Positions 34,536-43,914 are shown, counted from the first letter of the stretch. The stretch: 64,000 nt of DNA from Candidatus Poriferisocius sp. (GCF_965219775.1 NZ_OZ244793.1:1844757-1908756); one strand, 5' to 3'. Made by a program: numbers and translations. The notes: a model not told the origin generated them from the sequence alone.

Positions 34536-35750
34536 GTGAGCAGAACTGTTGGGAGCACTTCAGAGGCCACCCCCAGAGGCGCCGGGGCGGTGGTGTGGCC
34601 GGTGCCGGTGGACGTGGGTTCGTTGTCCGATGACCGGTTGCGGGACCGGTTGGGGGTGATCGGGCGGGCGGAGTCTTGTTTGTCGGCCATGAAGGCACAG
34701 ACGTTGGCCGAGTTGGCTCGTCGTCACAGTCCGGTGGAAGCAGGCAGGATCGCCCGGCAGGAAACCCGGTCGTCGAAGCGGGCCGCCCGCACCGAGGTGG
34801 AAACCGCAGGGCGCCTCGCCGGGCTGGCTGCCACTTCCGACGCGTTGGGTGCCGGGGTGATACCCGCCGGTCACGCCCGGTTGATCGCCCGGGCCGCATC
34901 CGAGGGGCCGATCGACGAGTCGTTGATGGTGCAAGCAGCCACCCACCAGGACTACGACACGTTCGCCCGGACCATGGCCCGCCACCAACACGAAGCCTCC
35001 GGTGACGACGGCCACGCCCTCCACGAACACAGACTCCAGAAGCGCAGTGCCCGGGTGTTCACCCGACCCGAGTCCGGCATGTTCGTGCTCTCCGCAGAGT
35101 TCGACCCGATCACCGGGGCCCACATCGACACCGTGTTGGCCGCCAAAGTACGTGAACTGTGGAACCAAGAAGACCCCAAAGCCCGGCGCAGTTCCCAACA
35201 GCGCACGGCCGACGCGTTGGCCGAGTTGATCCTCGAACCCGAAAAAGGCAAAACAGCAGGCACCGCCCTGTTGGTCGTCGCCGACTACGACGTCGTCAAC
35301 CAACAACTCACCGACGCCCGCCTCTCCGACGGGACCCCCATCCCCGCCGCCGAACTGGTCCGGTTGGCGTGTGACGCCGACATCCTGCCCGGCGTGTACC
35401 GGGCCGCCACCCAAGAAATGAACCTCGGCCGCAAACGCCGCACCGCCACCACCACCCAACGAGCCGCCCTCACCTACCGGGACCAACACTGCATCGGATG
35501 CGGCACCACCGCCCACCGATGCTTCGCCCACCACATCAAATTCTGGTCCGAAGGCGGCCCCACCGACCTCGCCAACCTCGCACTCGTCTGCAACGACTGC
35601 CACCACAACATCCACGACCACCACTGGACCGTCACCCACAACCCCCACACCAACCGGTGGCACACCCACCCCCCACCCGACCCCTTCCCCACCCACGGAA
35701 CCACCAACACCCCACCCCCACCCCAAACCAACCCCATACTCCGAAAATGA
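34536..35750 (+). CDS. DUF222-domain HNH endonuclease (REP13E12-like family)
   Basis: GTG start after GGGGAGGAGGGG. The helical DUF222 N-terminus (MKAQTLAELARR) and the HNH motif CIGCG...AHHIKFWSEGGPTDLANLALVCNDCHHNIH are typical of the actinobacterial family. Confidence 0.85.
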   Translation: MSRTVGSTSEATPRGAGAVVWPVPVDVGSLSDDRLRDRLGVIGRAESCLSAMKAQTLAELARRHSPVEAGRIARQETRSSKRAARTEVETAGRLAGLAATSDALGAGVIPAGHARLIARAASEGPIDESLMVQAATHQDYDTFARTMARHQHEASGDDGHALHEHRLQKRSARVFTRPESGMFVLSAEFDPITGAHIDTVLAAKVRELWNQEDPKARRSSQQRTADALAELILEPEKGKTAGTALLVVADYDVVNQQLTDARLSDGTPIPAAELVRLACDADILPGVYRAATQEMNLGRKRRTATTTQRAALTYRDQHCIGCGTTAHRCFAHHIKFWSEGGPTDLANLALVCNDCHHNIHDHHWTVTHNPHTNRWHTHPPPDPFPTHGTTNTPPPPQTNPILRK

Positions 35751-35754
35751 AGAA

Positions 35755-36444
35755 TCAGGGGCGCCAGGGTGGGGTGCGGGGGGGATCGAAGAGGAACTCG
35801 ACGGGGTCGCCGCGAATGGCGGCGAAGGCGTGGGTCAACCACCACTCGCTGTTGCGCATGCCCTCGGGCAGGTTGTCCGGTCCGTAGAACCCCACGGCTC
35901 GGCATTCCAGGGGGTGGGGGGTCAGCTCACCGCCCACCGCCCGGCACAGAAACACCAGGGAGTACATGGGCACGGTGGTGAACCCCCGGCGCAGGCCGTC
36001 GTGGATGGCGATGGGCCGCTCCACCTCGCACGCGATGCCGGTCTCCTCGGCCACCTCCTTCACCACGATCTCCGACGGGGAGTAGCCCACATCGGCCCAG
36101 CCGGTGGGATACAGCCACACCCCCGAGTCGGCCCGCTGCACCAGCAGGATCTCCCCGTCGTCGTTGCCCACCACCGCGCCCACGGCCACCTTGGGGGTCA
36201 CGTAACCGGGCACCCCGTCGCCCACCGACTTCATCCACTCGGCCACGAACCGGTCGGGCGTCCACCCGGCGCTCAGGGTGGCCGCGATGTCGGCGGCCAC
36301 GTGCAGCACCTCCTCGAAACGCTCCTGCTCGTAGCGGTTCTCCGTGAAGGCCAGTCCGGTGCGGGCGATGCCGGCCAGGGTCTCCGACCACCGCCGCAAG
36401 TCGTCGTGGCCCGCCATCGGCGCAGGCTCGCTGCTATCGGTCAT
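35755..36444 (-). CDS. NUDIX hydrolase with a Nudix N-terminal helical domain
   Basis: Nudix box GGELTPHPLE... and GxxxxxExxxxxxREVxEETG-like VVKEVAEETG. The N-terminal WSETLAGIARTGLAFTENRYEQERF also fits. The start is set to ATG 36444 because the ORF-track start at 36483 is TTG. Confidence 0.8.
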   Translation of the reverse strand: MTDSSEPAPMAGHDDLRRWSETLAGIARTGLAFTENRYEQERFEEVLHVAADIAATLSAGWTPDRFVAEWMKSVGDGVPGYVTPKVAVGAVVGNDDGEILLVQRADSGVWLYPTGWADVGYSPSEIVVKEVAEETGIACEVERPIAIHDGLRRGFTTVPMYSLVFLCRAVGGELTPHPLECRAVGFYGPDNLPEGMRNSEWWLTHAFAAIRGDPVEFLFDPPRTPPWRP

Positions 36445-36496
36445 GGTCGGGGCCGCCGGAACGACCCTTCCGGTGGCGGCCAAAAGCGCCGGTCAT

Positions 36497-38836
36497 TCAT
36501 CCCCGTATGGTGCAACTGTCGATGGCATGGTTCAGCGCCCGCTTGATCTCGCTGATGTAGTCGGGGTCGGTCACCTTCTCGCCCTGGGCGTCACGGAGGT
36601 AGTAGGCGTGGACCACGTCGCCGCCCAAGTCCTGCACCTTGGCGCTCAAGATGTCGAGATCGAGCTGGGACAGGGCACTGGTCACCCGGCTGAGCAGGCC
36701 GACGCGGGACTTGGTGGCCAACTCCACGATGGTGGCGGTGGACGACAGCTCGTTGTCCACGGTCAGCTTGGGGGGCACCACCGGCGGGGACGATTCGTTG
36801 ATGGCCGTCCCGTAGGCGTTGATGCGCTCGGTGAGCCGGGCCTCGATGGCCAACCGGCCAGCCAGAGCCTGCTCGACGTGGCCGGTGACCTGGGGCCAGT
36901 CGATGGGCAACCCCAGGATGCTCTCCACCTGGAACCGCTCCAAGGCCATCCCGTACTCGGAATGGGCCGCGGCCAACAGCACCCGCAGGCCGTTGAGGGC
37001 CAACACGCCGGCCACCCGGGAGAACATGCCGTGGCGGTCGGGGGCGAGCACCGTCAGGGTGTCGCCGTCGCCCAGCACGATGCGGCGGCCCACCTCCATC
37101 ATGAGGCGCTGTTCGGGAGTGGGGAAGCGGGAGGTGATCTCGTCGATGCTGCCCCCCTCGGCCACGTGGGCGCAGCGAGCCACCAACTCCTGCACCAGCC
37201 CCGACTTCCAGTTGCTCCACGCCGAGGGGCCGGTGGCCCGGGAATCGGCCTCGGTGAGCGCTCCCAACAGGCGCAGCGTGTCCACCGAGCGCACCTTGCG
37301 GGACACCTCGGCGATGGTGTCGGGATCCTCCAAGTCGCGCCGGGTGGCCACGTCGGGCAGCAGGAGATGATGCTCCACCAGGGCCACCAGCACATCCACA
37401 TCAGTGGGGGGAAAGCCCATGCGGTGGGTGATGTCGGACACCAACTCCATGCCCACCTCGGTGTGGTCGCCGGGATACCCCTTGCCGATGTCGTGGAGCC
37501 AAGCGCCTATCACCAACAGGTCGGGCCGATCCACCCGCTCCACCAGCTCGGCGGCCAACGCGGCGGCCTCGCACAGGTGCCGATCCACGGTGAACTGGTG
37601 GTAGGGGTTGCGTTGAGGCCGGCTGCGGGTGGGCTCCCACTCGGGCAGGATGCGAACGAACAGTTCCGACTGGTCAAGGGCCTCGATGGCGGGCAGGGCG
37701 GCCTTTCCGGCCAACAACAGGTCCACCAGCAACCCGCGGGCGGGGTCGGGCCACGGGTCGGGCATGGGGGCCATGTGTTCCCGGAGCTGATCCAGGCCCT
37801 CCCTGTCCATGCGCAATTGGTGGGTGGCCGCCGCTCGGGCAAAGCGCAGGGCGGTACAGGGATCGGTGAGGTCCGCTTCGGGATCGAGCACGGCCAGACC
37901 CCCGGCGGCGAACACCCCATCGCCGATGGCGGCCTCGGCGGGGGCGGCGCTGGTGCGCTTACGGCGCAGGCGGCGCTCATTGGCCGGTTCGGGCTGTTGC
38001 CACCTAAACCAGTACTCGTCGCTGATCCAGGATATGGACCGACCGGCGGCGGCCACGTCGGCCATCAGCACGTCGGCGTCGGCATACTCCAGCGCAGCGG
38101 CCACCGCGTCCTGATCCTCCAGTTGCAGGGTGTCGCCGGGGCGGCCGGTCACCCGGTGCAGTTCCACCCGAGCCGCCAGCAGCACCTCGTAGCCGTCGCG
38201 CAGCTTGCGCTTGTCGGCGTCGTCCACCGGGAATCCGGCGGCCTCGGCCCAGCGCAGGGCGTGTACGTCCCGCAACCCGCCCCGGCCCTCCTTCAGTTCG
38301 GGTGACACCTTGAAGGCCACCTCGCCGCTGTGGGCATGGCGGTCGGCCACCCGCGTGGCCATTTCCGGCAACCACTGCTGGGCCCGACGCCGCCACTGGT
38401 TGGCGGTGTAGTCGATCAGATCCTGGGTGAGGGCCTCGTCGCCCGCGATGTGGCGGGCCTCCAACAGCGATGTGGCGGTGTCCAGGTCGACCTTGGTCAG
38501 CTCCTTGGCCTCCTTGGGCGACCGCACCGAGTGCCCCAACTTGAGCCCCTCGTCCCACACCGGATACCAGAGCCGGGAGGCGATCTCGCTGATGTCGAGG
38601 CGATCCCGGTGCAGCAGTTGCACGTCGATGTCGCTCTGGGGGCTGAGCTCGGCCCGGCCGTAGCCCCCCACCGCCACCAGCGCCACCCCGTCGTGATCCT
38701 CCACCTCGGCGTCGAAGATGGCCTGGAGCCATTCATCCACGTGACGGGACAGGGATCGGCACAACACCGTGCCCGACAGGCCGCTCTCGGCCAGAAACTG
38801 TTCCCGGTTCAGCTTGCCCGCGGTCGTCGGTGCCAT
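36497..38836 (-). CDS. glnD: [protein-PII] uridylyltransferase / uridylyl-removing enzyme
   Basis: 779 aa with a nucleotidyltransferase domain (GGYGRAELSPQSDIDV), an HD domain (LHDIGKG) and two C-terminal ACT-like domains. Confidence 0.9.
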   Translation of the reverse strand: MAPTTAGKLNREQFLAESGLSGTVLCRSLSRHVDEWLQAIFDAEVEDHDGVALVAVGGYGRAELSPQSDIDVQLLHRDRLDISEIASRLWYPVWDEGLKLGHSVRSPKEAKELTKVDLDTATSLLEARHIAGDEALTQDLIDYTANQWRRRAQQWLPEMATRVADRHAHSGEVAFKVSPELKEGRGGLRDVHALRWAEAAGFPVDDADKRKLRDGYEVLLAARVELHRVTGRPGDTLQLEDQDAVAAALEYADADVLMADVAAAGRSISWISDEYWFRWQQPEPANERRLRRKRTSAAPAEAAIGDGVFAAGGLAVLDPEADLTDPCTALRFARAAATHQLRMDREGLDQLREHMAPMPDPWPDPARGLLVDLLLAGKAALPAIEALDQSELFVRILPEWEPTRSRPQRNPYHQFTVDRHLCEAAALAAELVERVDRPDLLVIGAWLHDIGKGYPGDHTEVGMELVSDITHRMGFPPTDVDVLVALVEHHLLLPDVATRRDLEDPDTIAEVSRKVRSVDTLRLLGALTEADSRATGPSAWSNWKSGLVQELVARCAHVAEGGSIDEITSRFPTPEQRLMMEVGRRIVLGDGDTLTVLAPDRHGMFSRVAGVLALNGLRVLLAAAHSEYGMALERFQVESILGLPIDWPQVTGHVEQALAGRLAIEARLTERINAYGTAINESSPPVVPPKLTVDNELSSTATIVELATKSRVGLLSRVTSALSQLDLDILSAKVQDLGGDVVHAYYLRDAQGEKVTDPDYISEIKRALNHAIDSCTIRG

Positions 38837-38882
38837 GGGCGCGACCCTAGTGGCTCTTGCCGGTGGTCGGAGCGGTGACCAC

Positions 38883-38919
38883 GGCCCGCCGCGCCATTAC
38901 CGCCGCAGAGCGGCGGGCC
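38883..38919 (-). other. 10-bp GC hairpin in the 99-bp amt-glnD spacer (possible attenuator or processing site)
   Basis: GGCCCGCCGC (38883-92) pairs with GCGGCGGGCC (38910-19). The loop is 17 nt and there is no U-tract. Confidence 0.3.
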
Positions 38920-38935
38920 TGCTGGTCAGGGGCAA

Positions 38936-40129
38936 CTAGTGGTTGTAGGCCAACTCGGCGTGCTGGGTCTGATCAAGGCCGGTGACCTCTTCCTCCACGG
39001 TGGCCCGCAGCCCCATGGTGGCCTTGAGCACCCGGGCGATCACGTAGGTGACCACGAAGCTGTAGGCCATCACCGCCACGATGGATATGACCTGGTTCAA
39101 CAACAGCTCCCCGCCGCCGAAGAAGACACCGTTGATGAAGTCGCCGCCGGGAACCGCACCGGCGTCGGCGAAGAATCCGATGAGGACCCCGCCGATGATG
39201 CCGCCGAACATGTGGACGCCGACCACATCCAAGCTGTCGTCGTAGTTGAAGTGTCGCTTGAGGCTGATGGCCAGAAAGCACAGCACGCCGGCGGCCGCGC
39301 CAATGACGATGGCCGCCAAGGCGCCCACGAACCCGGCGGCCGGGGTGATGGCCACCAGACCGGCAACCACCCCGGACGCAATGCCCAGTGAGGTGGGCTT
39401 GCCCCCGCGAATGATCTCGATCACCATCCAGCCGCACATGCCCGCGGCTGCGGCCAAGAATGTCGTCAGGAACGCGTGGGCCGCCGCCCCATCGGCAGCC
39501 AGGGCCGACCCGGCGTTGAAGCCGAACCAGCCGAACCACAGGATGCCGGCACCCAACATCACGAACGGCAGGTTGTGGGGCAGATCCACGTCGGCCGGCC
39601 AACCCCGCCGGGGGCCGAGGACCATCACGAGGGCCAGAGCGGCAATGCCGGCGTTGATGTGGATGGCCGTTCCTCCGGCGAAGTCGTGGGCGGGCAGCTC
39701 CTTGATCCAACCCTCTCCCGCGTAGATCCAGTAGACCACTGGGGAATACACCAGGAACGACCACAGCGGGACGAAGACGGCCCAGGCGCTGAACTTCATG
39801 CGGGCGGCCACCGCCCCGGAGATCAGCGCCGGGGTGATGACGGCAAAGGTCATCCCGAACACGAACTCCCGCTTGGACACCTCGTCGTCGAGGCCCTCCA
39901 GGAATAGGGCGTCGAAATCGCCGAACAGGGGGAAACTCCAGTTACCGGAGGCGAACCCGTAGCCGAAGAGCACCCACAAGATGGGAACCACCCCCAGGCA
40001 GTAGAGGTTCATATTCAGCATGTTGAGCATGTTCTTGGCCCCGACCATGCCGCCGTAGAACAGCGCCAAGCCCGGCACCATGAACATCACCAAAGCCGCG
40101 CACACCAGAACCCATGCGGTATCGCCCAT
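38936..40129 (-). CDS. amt: ammonium transporter
   Basis: 397-aa, 11-TM Amt/MEP family protein with DFAGGTAIHINAG and GVHMFGGIIG motifs. Confidence 0.9.
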   Translation of the reverse strand: MGDTAWVLVCAALVMFMVPGLALFYGGMVGAKNMLNMLNMNLYCLGVVPILWVLFGYGFASGNWSFPLFGDFDALFLEGLDDEVSKREFVFGMTFAVITPALISGAVAARMKFSAWAVFVPLWSFLVYSPVVYWIYAGEGWIKELPAHDFAGGTAIHINAGIAALALVMVLGPRRGWPADVDLPHNLPFVMLGAGILWFGWFGFNAGSALAADGAAAHAFLTTFLAAAAGMCGWMVIEIIRGGKPTSLGIASGVVAGLVAITPAAGFVGALAAIVIGAAAGVLCFLAISLKRHFNYDDSLDVVGVHMFGGIIGGVLIGFFADAGAVPGGDFINGVFFGGGELLLNQVISIVAVMAYSFVVTYVIARVLKATMGLRATVEEEVTGLDQTQHAELAYNH

Positions 40130-40207
40130 GTCTCCTCCTTCGATGAACCCTTGGTTCCATCAGAGTTGGCTCTTGGTGGGCCAGCTTAGTGGACCCCGGC
40201 CCTCCGG

Positions 40208-40678
40208 TTACGGGGACTGCGTCTCGGTGGCGGCCCGGCGGCGGCGATGGACGAACGCCTTGGCCGCCCCCCACTCCAGCCCCGGCTGGTGCAGATCGGG
40301 GTGCAGATCGGCAAAGGTGGCCGGGGCCAGGTCGTAGACGTCCTCGGGGAAGCGGGTGGCGGCAAAATGGTCCCGCGCCACCGGGGCAACCCCAGCCTGC
40401 CGCAGCACCTCGGTGGGAAACCGGACCGCCCGGCGGACCACGGCGAGGGGATTCTCCCGCTGCTGATCGATGTCGGCGGCCAACAGGTCGGCCACCTCGT
40501 CGCCCACAGCGGCGGCCGCGGCCTGCCCGGCGGCCTGCGCGGCCCGCTGGATCTCCGGTGACACATCACCCAGGCGCCGCTGCACGGCGGCCACCACCCA
40601 ATCGGGCATCGCCCGGCGGATGCCGTCAGCTAGCTCTTGCCCATGGGCCGCCAGTTGCTCCTCTGGGGTCGCCGTCAA
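40208..40678 (-). CDS. hypothetical protein (helical, Ala-rich)
   Basis: 156-aa ORF with plausible composition. I recognise no family. Confidence 0.5.
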   Translation of the reverse strand: MTATPEEQLAAHGQELADGIRRAMPDWVVAAVQRRLGDVSPEIQRAAQAAGQAAAAAVGDEVADLLAADIDQQRENPLAVVRRAVRFPTEVLRQAGVAPVARDHFAATRFPEDVYDLAPATFADLHPDLHQPGLEWGAAKAFVHRRRRAATETQSP

Positions 40679-40743
40679 CTTGGCCGCCGCTCAGAGGCCA
40701 CGGTGCTCACCGGGCGTCCGCTCACCGGGAGCAATCGTCGCCT

Positions 40744-41520
40744 TCACAAGGCGGCGTTGAGGTTGCCCGAGCGCAGGCCCTGCAGATCGACGGTGACGTC
40801 GCGGTACCCGGCCTGATGCAGGGCGGCCACCACGTCCTCCCGCTGGGCCACCACCGCCTCCAACCGGTCGAGGGGCACCTCGATGCGGGCCAGGGTGCCG
40901 TGGTGGCGCACCCGCAGCTCGCCGAACCCCAGGGCCCGCAGGGCGGCCTCGGCATCGGCCACCGAGGCCAGCGCCCCCAGGGTCACCGGAGTTCCGTAGG
41001 GGATCCGGGAGGCCAAACAGGGTGCGGCCGGCTTGTCCCAGGTGCGCAACCCGTACCGCCGGGACCACTGGCGCACATCGGCCTTGGAGAATCCGGCATC
41101 CACCAAGGGGAAGCGAGCTCCCCGTTCGGCGGCGGCTCTCTGGCCGGGTCGGTGATCCACCAGATCGTCGGTGTTCACACCCAGCAACACGGTGGCCGAT
41201 CGAGCCTCCGCCACCGGGGCCAAGGCGTCCATGAGGGCGTCCTTGCACCAGTAGCAGCGGTCCCCGTCGTTGGCCACGTAGGCGGCCCGCTCCATTTCCT
41301 GGGTGTGCACCTCGCGCCACACCAGGCCCAACTCCCCGGCCAGGGCCGCGCAGTCCTGCCTCTCGGCCGGGGCCAGCGACGGGGACACCGCGGTGACCGC
41401 CTCGGCCCGGTCGCCCAGCTCGTCGTAGGCCACCCAGGCCAACAGCGACGAATCGACACCCCCGCTGAAGGCCACCACCACCCGATCCAGCCCCGCCAGG
41501 TCGCGCCGCAAACGCTCCAT
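40744..41520 (-). CDS. larE: PP-loop ATP pyrophosphatase, LarE-like sulfur transferase family
   Basis: C-terminal 258 aa of ORF 40744..43965, from MERLRRDLAGLDRVVVAFSGGVDSS (SGGxDS PP-loop) ...CLASRIPYGT. The family call is moderate and the symbol is tentative. Confidence 0.7.
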   Translation of the reverse strand: MERLRRDLAGLDRVVVAFSGGVDSSLLAWVAYDELGDRAEAVTAVSPSLAPAERQDCAALAGELGLVWREVHTQEMERAAYVANDGDRCYWCKDALMDALAPVAEARSATVLLGVNTDDLVDHRPGQRAAAERGARFPLVDAGFSKADVRQWSRRYGLRTWDKPAAPCLASRIPYGTPVTLGALASVADAEAALRALGFGELRVRHHGTLARIEVPLDRLEAVVAQREDVVAALHQAGYRDVTVDLQGLRSGNLNAAL

Positions 41521-41622
41521 GTCGCCCACCGCACCATTGTGGCCCCCGAACCGATGCCGAAGAAATGCAGAGCCCCCTCGGGATCGAGCCAGGTGTGGTC
41601 GCCACAACCTAAGGTAGCCGGC

Positions 41623-42906
41623 GTGGGCAAGACGGCAGCGGTGCTCGGGCTCATGGGCTGCATCCTGTTGGCCTGGGCCGCGTCGGCTTCCACCCAGCCC
41701 GACACCGGCCCTGACACCGCCTCCCAAGCGCTGGAGGGAACCATCCGGTTGGGCTTCGACCAGTTCTTCGCCGACGTGGAAATCGTGGCCACCACCACCG
41801 ACGGCGCCGAAGTGGGGCGGGCCACCACCGACGAGAGCGGCCGGTGGTCGATCGTGGTGCCCGCACCGGGCGACTACGCGGTCACCATCACCACCGACAC
41901 GCTCCCCGAGGGGCTTTCGCTGCGCGAGGGCCAGGACGCCACCGTGGTGGCCACCCTCGAACCGGACCAACCCCGGCGGGCGGTGGTCTTTGCCGTGGGG
42001 GGCGCCCCCCAGGGGACCCCGTTCGGCGAGCGTTTCGCCCAGACCCTGTTCAGCGGGTTCAAGTTCGGGCTGATCATCGCCATGAGCGCCATCGGACTGT
42101 CGCTCATCTACGGCACCACCGGGTTGGTCAACTTCGCCCACGGCGAGCTGGTCACCTTCGGGGCGGTGATCGCCTGGTACTTCAACAGCTCCTGGGGTGA
42201 TTTGAACCTGATCTGGGCCGCGGTGTTGACGCTGGTGGTCTGCGGGACACTTGGCGCGGGGTTGGAGTCGGGGCTGTTCCGCCCGCTGCGGGCCCGGAAG
42301 CTGGGTATCTTCCAGCTCGTGGTGATCACCATCGGCATGTCGCTGGCCGGTCGCCAGCTCATTCAGCTCTTCTTCGGCGCGGAGCCGCTGCCCTACGCCG
42401 ACTACCAGGTGCAGGACCGCTGGGAGTTCGGCCCGTGGTCGGTCACTCCCCGGGAGCTGGCCACCATCGGGGTGATCGTGGTGGTGCTGATCGCCATCGG
42501 GGTGATGTTCCAGAAGACGCGATTCGGCAAGGCCACCCGGGCGGTGGCCGACAACGCCGAGCTGGCCGCGGTGTCGGGCATCAACGTCAACCGGGTGATC
42601 CTGGTGGTGTGGATCCTGGGGGCCGCCCTGGCCGGGCTGGGTGGCGTGTTCCAGGGGCTCGACACCGACATCGACCCCTTCCTGGGCTTCCAGCTCTTGT
42701 TGTTGATCTTCGCCGGGGTCGAGCTGGGGGGGTTGGGCACCGCCTACGGTGCCCTGGTCGGGTCGCTCATCATCGGCGTGTCCACCGAGCTGAGCACGCT
42801 GTGGATCTCGCCCGAACTCAAGTTCGTGGTCCCGCTGGCGGTGCTCATCGTGGTGCTGCTGGTGCGACCGCAGGGCCTGTTCGGCCTGAGGGAACGGGTG
42901 GGTTAG
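41623..42906 (+). CDS. livH: branched-chain amino-acid ABC permease (LivH family) with a ~135-aa N-terminal secreted extension
   Basis: From ORF 40189..42906. GTG 41623 follows AAGGTAG. Signal-peptide-like AAVLGLMGCILLAWAASAS is followed by a beta-rich segment (GRWSIVVPAPGDYAVTITTD), then the canonical LivH core from FAQTLFSGFKFGLIIAMSAIGLSLIYGTTGLVNFAHGE. Confidence 0.8.
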   Translation: MGKTAAVLGLMGCILLAWAASASTQPDTGPDTASQALEGTIRLGFDQFFADVEIVATTTDGAEVGRATTDESGRWSIVVPAPGDYAVTITTDTLPEGLSLREGQDATVVATLEPDQPRRAVVFAVGGAPQGTPFGERFAQTLFSGFKFGLIIAMSAIGLSLIYGTTGLVNFAHGELVTFGAVIAWYFNSSWGDLNLIWAAVLTLVVCGTLGAGLESGLFRPLRARKLGIFQLVVITIGMSLAGRQLIQLFFGAEPLPYADYQVQDRWEFGPWSVTPRELATIGVIVVVLIAIGVMFQKTRFGKATRAVADNAELAAVSGINVNRVILVVWILGAALAGLGGVFQGLDTDIDPFLGFQLLLLIFAGVELGGLGTAYGALVGSLIIGVSTELSTLWISPELKFVVPLAVLIVVLLVRPQGLFGLRERVG

Positions 42907-43914
42907 GTGGAGTTCGACATCATCTTCGGCAACGCCGCCCGAGCGGCCTTCGGACCCGAGGCGGTGATTCTGGCCTTGGCCGCCACCGGCTTGAACGTCC
43001 ACTTCGGCTTCACCGGGCTGCTCAACTTCGGCCAGGTGGGGTTCATGCTGCTCGGGGCCTACGGCACCAGCGTCTCGGTGGCCACCTTCGGGTGGTCGCT
43101 GTGGTTGGGGATCCCCGTCGGCCTGTTGGTGGCCGTGGCCCTGGCGGTGGCCCTGGGCTTTCCCACCCTGCGGCTGCAGGCGGTGCTGTTCGCCATCGTC
43201 ACCATTGCGGCCGCCGAGATCATCCGCATCCTCATCGGCTCCACCGACGCCATCGGCCTGACCGGCGGGCCGCTCAGCATCAGCTTCGACGCCGGTTCGT
43301 TCTTCGATCTGAATCCCTACGCTCACGGACCCCAGGATCGCTACGGGTTCGGCACCTTCTCGTTCACCGGCCAGCAGATGTGGGTGATCACCGTGGGTTG
43401 GGTGCTGGTGGCGCTGGCCAGCCTGGTGGTGTTCCTGATCATGCGCAGCCCCTGGGGTCGGGTGGTCAAGTCCATCCGGGAGGAGCCGGACGCGGCCCGC
43501 AGCCTGGGCAAGAACGTGTTCTTGTACCGGATGCAGGCGTTGATCATCGGCGGGTTCTTCGGCGGGCTGGCCGGCGTGGTCGACGCCATCAAGACGTCGG
43601 GCGCCGATCCCAACGGGTTTCGGCCCCAGGTGACCTTCTTCACCTACACCGCCCTGCTGTTGGGCGGGGCCGCCACGTATCTGGGTCCGGTGCTGGGGGC
43701 CATCTTGTTCTGGTTCCTGCGGGAGTGGATCGAATCGTTCCTGCGTCAGCTCACCGCCGAGGCCTGGCTGCCCGATGTCGTGGCCAACTTCCTGGAGGGC
43801 AGCGAGGGCATCATCAGCGTGTGCATGGTGGGCTTGACCTTGGTGCTGCTCATGTTGTTCCGGCCTCAGGGCATCACCGGCAACCGAACGGAAATGCAGC
43901 TCGATGCCCCCTGA
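42907..43914 (+). CDS. livM: branched-chain amino-acid ABC permease (LivM family)
   Basis: 335-aa polytopic protein with a GTG start immediately after the livH stop. Confidence 0.85.
   Translation: MEFDIIFGNAARAAFGPEAVILALAATGLNVHFGFTGLLNFGQVGFMLLGAYGTSVSVATFGWSLWLGIPVGLLVAVALAVALGFPTLRLQAVLFAIVTIAAAEIIRILIGSTDAIGLTGGPLSISFDAGSFFDLNPYAHGPQDRYGFGTFSFTGQQMWVITVGWVLVALASLVVFLIMRSPWGRVVKSIREEPDAARSLGKNVFLYRMQALIIGGFFGGLAGVVDAIKTSGADPNGFRPQVTFFTYTALLLGGAATYLGPVLGAILFWFLREWIESFLRQLTAEAWLPDVVANFLEGSEGIISVCMVGLTLVLLMLFRPQGITGNRTEMQLDAP

Noticed and set aside
30777-35750. A search for an integrase, transposase, flanking tRNA or att-like direct repeats bounding the island.
   Set aside because: None was found by reading both strands. 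The only tRNA is at 58730, far away. The island boundaries therefore remain undefined from this window alone.
38837-38935. A search for a hidden glnK (PII) gene between amt and glnD.
   Set aside because: The spacer is 99 bp, far shorter than a PII gene, and has no ORF.
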